From Coleofasciculus chthonoplastes F2-STO-03 (GTDB lineage Bacteria; Cyanobacteriota; Cyanobacteriia; Cyanobacteriales; Coleofasciculaceae), in assembly GCA_040222015.1 (NCBI GenBank), contig JAVJWO010000138.1, forward strand, positions 1 to 32,297: a DNA stretch of 32,297 bases, written 5' to 3'. Under the pieces are notes generated by a model that saw only the letters and a list, made by a program, of their open reading frames with translations, searched no databases and had not been told where the DNA came from. The position numbers and the translations under genes were made by a program. Of this stretch, positions 27,947 to 32,297 are shown in pieces (positions within the stretch are counted from its first letter, which is position 1; every line of letters begins with the position of its first letter).

Positions 27947-28777
27947 CTATCCGGCAAATGATAGGGGAAAAAATAACCGCAGATAAGTCGATAAAATAGC
28001 TTCTCCCCAAAAAACTGTCAATCCTGCACCTAACGCCAAAAATGGTCCAAAGGGCATTGGTTGTCGCCGATTCAGCCAACCCATCGCCATGGCACCGCCG
28101 CCAGCAAATGCGCCGACTGCACAGGCTAAAAATCCAGCTAATAGTAAATACTTCCATCCCAACCAAGCCCCCATCATTGCGGCTAATTTGGCATCTCCTC
28201 CACCCATGGCGGTTTGTCCAAAGAGGATAGAACCGACTAGGGTGATGATGTCAAATAACCAAATTCCCAACACTGCACCGCCAATTCCGGTCATAAGTTG
28301 AGCCGATATATCGGAAAGTTGAGCGGTTCTCAAAAAAGCGAATACGCCTTGAAATAGTATACCTGCAACTAATCCCGACTGGGTGAGGGAGTTGGGTAGA
28401 GTCATTGTATCGAGATCAATTAAGGATAGGGCTAATAACCAGCTTAAAAATGCCCAATACCCAAAGGTTTCTATGCTTAAGCTATAGTGTATAAAAACTA
28501 ATAAAAATAATAGTCCGGTGATGGCTTCGACTAGGGGATAACGCCAAGAGATGCGATTACGACAATGACGACAGCGCCCTTTTAACCACAACCAACCGAG
28601 GATGGGGATGTTCTCTCGTTTGCCGAGTTTGTGTAAGCAATGCGGACAACGGGAGGGGGGAAAAAGTATGGATAAGTTGGCGGGTAGACGATAAACAACG
28701 ACGTTGAGAAAGCTGCCGATAGATGCGCCGAGGGCAAAGACGATGAAAGCGGTTACGATGATAATTAAAGTATCCAT
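27947..28777 (-). CDS. pilD: Type IV prepilin peptidase/N-methyltransferase
   Basis: GSFLNVVVYRLP, SRCPHC, GRCRHC, LIDLD, AMGGGDAKL, PFGPFL. Confidence 0.95.
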   Translation of the reverse strand: MDTLIIIVTAFIVFALGASIGSFLNVVVYRLPANLSILFPPSRCPHCLHKLGKRENIPILGWLWLKGRCRHCRNRISWRYPLVEAITGLLFLLVFIHYSLSIETFGYWAFLSWLLALSLIDLDTMTLPNSLTQSGLVAGILFQGVFAFLRTAQLSDISAQLMTGIGGAVLGIWLFDIITLVGSILFGQTAMGGGDAKLAAMMGAWLGWKYLLLAGFLACAVGAFAGGGAMAMGWLNRRQPMPFGPFLALGAGLTVFWGEAILSTYLRLFFPLSFAG

Positions 28778-28790
28778 GTTGAATCACGTT

Positions 28791-28819
28791 GTAGGTTGGG
28801 TGGAGAAACGACACCCAAC
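28791..28819. repeat. GTAG-type REP-like hairpin upstream of pilD
   Basis: GTAGGTTGGGTGGAGAAACGACACCCAAC (GTTGGGTG/CACCCAAC stem). Confidence 0.65.
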
Positions 28820-28956
28820 GAGTTGGACGTTAGGCATTGTTTACTAGCCTTAAGTTGGTACGATTTAACTTATAATATTTTTTGGCTAGACTTTGAGGGA
28901 ATGGGGGCAAAGGATTAGGGCGCTAAAGCGCAACTACAAGCGCAACTACAAACAAA

Positions 28957-30507
28957 CTATTCTACTCTCCATAACCAGGATTGGGAGTTGGGTTCTTCGG
29001 TTAATTGATGATTGGTTTGAATTCCTTGTTTCAAGGGTTCTGTGGGTCGATAGACAAAGATGGGGGAAAATGTATCTGGAATTTCGGGAACGCTAGGGGG
29101 TAGAACCATCTGGAGATGAACGTCTGGATTCAGGGAATGACTGAGAGAAAACATAATTCCCGGAATTTTATCACTAACCACGAGGGGATTTTTGGCTTGA
29201 TTGACAATTTCAGTCACTTGCGGATTATATCGACTTTTACTATGACTTTTGTGCCACCACACCGGAAATTGGGCGCTGACGATACAGGAGATAATAGCGC
29301 AAAATGAGAGTGCGATCGCGCCGTATTGCCAGCGCTTCAAATGCTTTGTTTTACCGTTAATTGCGGTAGTTTTGGCGGTGATTAAATAAGCGACTGCTAT
29401 TTGAATCCCTAAATAACTGGGAATGGCGTAGCGGGTAATACTAGAACGACGCCCGCCTAAAATCACATCGGGTCCAATCAGGGCAATTCCGGTAACACCA
29501 ATTAAGGTGATAATAAACACCCAAGCGTTGAGGGGGGCTTGGCGATACAGATAGTACAGCGCATAACCAGCTAATAACGCACTGAGATAATGCAGTGGAC
29601 TAAAGGGGCTGGTTCCTTGATTCACATCAAAGAAAATTCGACTCAGATTTAATCCCCAAAATAAGGGTAAAAATCCTTCTCGATTCAAGTTAACCGAGGC
29701 GGTATTGTCTACGAATTTTGGGAAATGGGTGATTACTATTCCTAGCCAGGGTAAAAATAGGAGTAGCCCGAATAGAGATGATAATAAATACTTCGTTAGT
29801 TTCCGACTCCAGCGAAATCCTTCAGTGACTAAAACATAAATACCATGTCCGATAGAAGCGAAGGCGGAAAAGGGATGGGTATAAAGTCCCAGCGCCACAG
29901 TTACTCCGTAAATTCCCCAACTCGGTACGGTTTTTAATCGGATGGCTCGCAATAATGCCGCACTTGATACTAGAATAGTTACTGTCCACAAACTATATTC
30001 TCGTGCTTCTTGGGCGTACAAGACATGGAACGGGGAAATCGCTAGAATAGCAACACCAACCCAACTTACTGTCGATAATCCAAACAGTTCCCAACATAAC
30101 CAGTACATACAAGGAAATGCCAGAAAACTGATTAACACGGATAAGAAGCGAATGGTGACAACTGAATGACCGAAGAGTTGCAACCAGAACCGTGCCATTA
30201 GATAATAGAGGGGCGAATGTTCGGGATTCCCAGCTAAGGCGTTAATCGTGTCATTGAGATCTTTTTCTGGTGTGGGATACTGATATCGCTCTAAGAAGGC
30301 TGCAACTGGAATCACCTCACCGTTGAACGCCTGCTGGATAACTTCGGTTTGGGTATATCCAGAGATTCGCATTGAGGTCATTGTCTCATCGTACCAGTAA
30401 ACCTTGCGATCGAGGTTATAGAAGCGGAAAACTATCCCCAGTACGATTAAGGCAATCACTAATTTTCGCCATCCGGTTGGACTTAACGGTAATTTTTTTA
30501 ACATCAT
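28957..30507 (-). CDS. GT-C fold membrane glycosyltransferase (family 39/PMT-like)
   Basis: FRFYNLDRKVYWYDE, EHSPLYY, SPFHVLYAQEAREYSL, LGLYTH; multiple TM helices. Confidence 0.88.
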   Translation of the reverse strand: MMLKKLPLSPTGWRKLVIALIVLGIVFRFYNLDRKVYWYDETMTSMRISGYTQTEVIQQAFNGEVIPVAAFLERYQYPTPEKDLNDTINALAGNPEHSPLYYLMARFWLQLFGHSVVTIRFLSVLISFLAFPCMYWLCWELFGLSTVSWVGVAILAISPFHVLYAQEAREYSLWTVTILVSSAALLRAIRLKTVPSWGIYGVTVALGLYTHPFSAFASIGHGIYVLVTEGFRWSRKLTKYLLSSLFGLLLFLPWLGIVITHFPKFVDNTASVNLNREGFLPLFWGLNLSRIFFDVNQGTSPFSPLHYLSALLAGYALYYLYRQAPLNAWVFIITLIGVTGIALIGPDVILGGRRSSITRYAIPSYLGIQIAVAYLITAKTTAINGKTKHLKRWQYGAIALSFCAIISCIVSAQFPVWWHKSHSKSRYNPQVTEIVNQAKNPLVVSDKIPGIMFSLSHSLNPDVHLQMVLPPSVPEIPDTFSPIFVYRPTEPLKQGIQTNHQLTEEPNSQSWLWRVE

Positions 30508-31409
30508 TCATTAATCTCACCCACGCGCCCTATTATAGGATTAATCAGGTGTGCCGTTTTCATCCAACTCTGAAATTATTTCCTCATACCCTAACCTTAA
30601 TTGGCATAATTCTTTTATTCAAAGAAAAATTGTATCAGATATTTGATAACACTGATTTCGCTGAGTAAGGAGAATAGGTAGTGGTGGGGACTTGGCAGGT
30701 TATTCCCACTGATTTCACAGAGGTAGAGGTGTTAGCTCTCCATGGGACTAAGGATGAAAAGATGATTGCCCCCGGATAAAAAATGATTAGCTTGTGGGAG
30801 GACTATTTCCTCGTCTGTGTCAATCTGTGTGCTTCACTATTTGCTGTTCTATCTGTGCTATTCAGTCTGTGTAATCTGTGTTTTTGTCAAGTCTTGGTCA
30901 TGATTTTTATCGTAAGTTTAAAAAAATACATACGTCCAAGGGAACATTAACAGTGAGGCGAAAACTAGAAATTATACAAAGTTTTACTATAATTAAAGGG
31001 TTTTAGCTTTGTCTAGATGATTGAAACTTACAAAAAACCCACCATAAATACTATACCTGAAAACCGCACATTTTACTCACAATCGCCGTAACCCTTGAAA
31101 ATTCGTAGATTATTCGGGAAAAAGGGTCAAAAACGAGCAATTATAACGTTTTGTTGAGACAAGACTCTGATTGAAAAATTTAAACCTTTTCGGGAGGAAG
31201 GAATAGTTTAAATTATCAAAACTTGACAAGTTGAGCCAAAACGATGTTGAGTCAAGCTACAGATATGTCAGTAGCGAAGGAGAAAGAGTAACGGGGTATG
31301 TTGTGAATCGTGGTTATTGCCAAGAGAGCGATCGCCTGTAGTCATATCATTTGAGGTGAATGGAATGGCGGTGGTCATTTTGATATGATGAATTGTTCCC
31401 TGTGACACA

Positions 31410-31495
31410 CCGAGCGTGTTACCGAGCGAAGCGTTCGACTGAACTTCGACAGGCTCAGTTGCCGCGCTCACGCCGAAGTCCGAGGTAAGTCGAGG
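31410..31495. repeat. Nested small dispersed repeats within a TGTTCCC tract
   Basis: CCGAGCG[TGTTACCGAGCGAAGC[GTTCGACTGA[ACTTCGACAGGCTCAGTTGCC]GCGCTCACGCCGAAGTC]CGAGGT]AAGTCGAGG. Confidence 0.6.
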
Positions 31496-31530
31496 TGTTC
31501 CCCTGTTACCTATTCCCTGTTCCCTGAAAA

Positions 31531-31911
31531 ATGGAAATTGAACGCTTTAAACTTTCAAAATCAGCTAAAGACCAACTAAGCAAACTCAAACGCTATACTA
31601 AAATTGATCAGTGGAATATTCTTTGCCGTTGGGCGTTTTGCCGTTCCCTGGCGGAACCGACTCAACCTTCACCTGTCCCTATTCCGGCTGACTCGAATGT
31701 GGAAATGACGTGGCGGGTGTTTGGTGGCGAATTGGCTGATATTTTGTTAATGGCGCTGAAACAACGCTGTCATAATGATGGTTTAGGGTGTGATAAGGAT
31801 ACTCTTACCACTCAATTTCGCCTTCATCTACATCGGGGGATTGGGTATTTAGCGGGTGATCCCACAATTAAGACGATTGAAGATTTTATTGAAATTGCGA
31901 ATAAGCAATAA
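31531..31911 (+). CDS. dndE: DNA sulfur modification (phosphorothioation) protein DndE
   Basis: KLSKSAKDQLSKLKRYTKIDQWNILCRWAFCRSLAE, DSNVEMTWRVFGG, QFRLHLHRGIGYL. Confidence 0.9.
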   Translation: MEIERFKLSKSAKDQLSKLKRYTKIDQWNILCRWAFCRSLAEPTQPSPVPIPADSNVEMTWRVFGGELADILLMALKQRCHNDGLGCDKDTLTTQFRLHLHRGIGYLAGDPTIKTIEDFIEIANKQ

Positions 31912-32219
31912 ATGTTCTTGGTTATTCACCTCTCTACACCCTTCCATCATGCATGTCTGGTTATTTTCGATGACGTTATGGACGTTATGTGTGATGTGTT
32001 CTGTGTTTGTTAACTCTGTCGGGGCGAGTTACAGGTTACGGTTAATCTGGGTCTATAGGTCGGCACATTTTCCCATGATGAAATAGTACCTAAATTTTGC
32101 GATCGCGTCAAGTCCTAATTCTTTTAATTTCGGGGACATTATCCCTTTGATGTCCAATGTTCACCTGCATATCCTTTGGGGTTCATCTGTGCAGAAAGGG
32201 GATGAAGACAGGGAATTAT

Positions 32220-32288
32220 GGTGGGTTACGGTGGATAGCTAATTAAAGGATTGGTTGGGTCAATTGATTACCACCTAAACCACCCTAC
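32220..32288. repeat. Inverted relative of the 23265-23333 element
   Basis: GGTGGGTTACGGTGG...CCACCTAAACCACCCTAC. Confidence 0.75.
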
Positions 32289-32297
32289 AGGTTTCGG

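Larger units (their letters stand above)
219..32106. other. Dispersed HIP1 octamers (GCGATCGC)
   Basis: More than 20 copies seen, e.g. 219, 5642, 16862, 24241, 24301, 27781, 32099; a cyanobacterial hallmark. Confidence 0.9.

Noticed and set aside
627..30668. Numerous 60-150 aa ORFs antisense to or overlapping the long genes
   Set aside because: Shadow ORFs of well-supported genes with no independent motifs
30681..30779. 32-codon GTG ORF after AAGGAG in the long intergenic region
   Set aside because: No recognisable features; an ORF of this size is expected by chance
31268..31471. 67-aa minus-strand ORF upstream of dndE
   Set aside because: Starts inside the nested repeat; no RBS or recognisable domain
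23440..31911. Functional link between the rhodanese/PDO genes and dndE as a sulfur supply for phosphorothioation
   Set aside because: More than 6 kb apart with unrelated housekeeping genes between; PT sulfur is known to come from DndA/IscS

Overview
Chromosomal segment of a filamentous cyanobacterium. The evidence is frequent HIP1 octamers (GCGATCGC), heptamer/nonamer STRR tracts and many GTAG-type palindromic repeats; an Oscillatoriales/Coleofasciculus-like host is an inference. Left to right: AMIN-domain amidase (amiC-like); cobalamin riboswitch-DUF1636-cobW unit; tspO; an accessory patch at about 4.7-8.0 kb (decayed EAD8-like fragment, DUF433/DUF5615 toxin-antitoxin pair, CcbP-family protein, EAD8-LRR chimera, Uma2 nuclease, orphan DUF2281); RND permease; a ParA/coiled-coil pair with the hallmarks of the McdA/McdB carboxysome-positioning system; mfd; amidohydrolase plus Mpo1-like pair; MscS; MtfA-like peptidase; hypotheticals; DUF442 plus MBL-rhodanese sulfur module; a His/Gly-rich exported protein; rsgA; pilD; GT39; and an isolated dndE. 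The most notable unannotated signals are: (1) a 29-codon leader ORF inside a long-range RNA fold next to the rsgA ribosome-binding site (candidate translational attenuator); (2) about 70-bp palindromic elements inserted in frame in mfd and the RND gene; (3) four-level nested mini-repeats upstream of dndE; (4) a 27-copy heptamer array ending in the mcdA start codon; (5) a small ORF in the B12 riboswitch leader. All family calls are by motif recognition; no database search was run.
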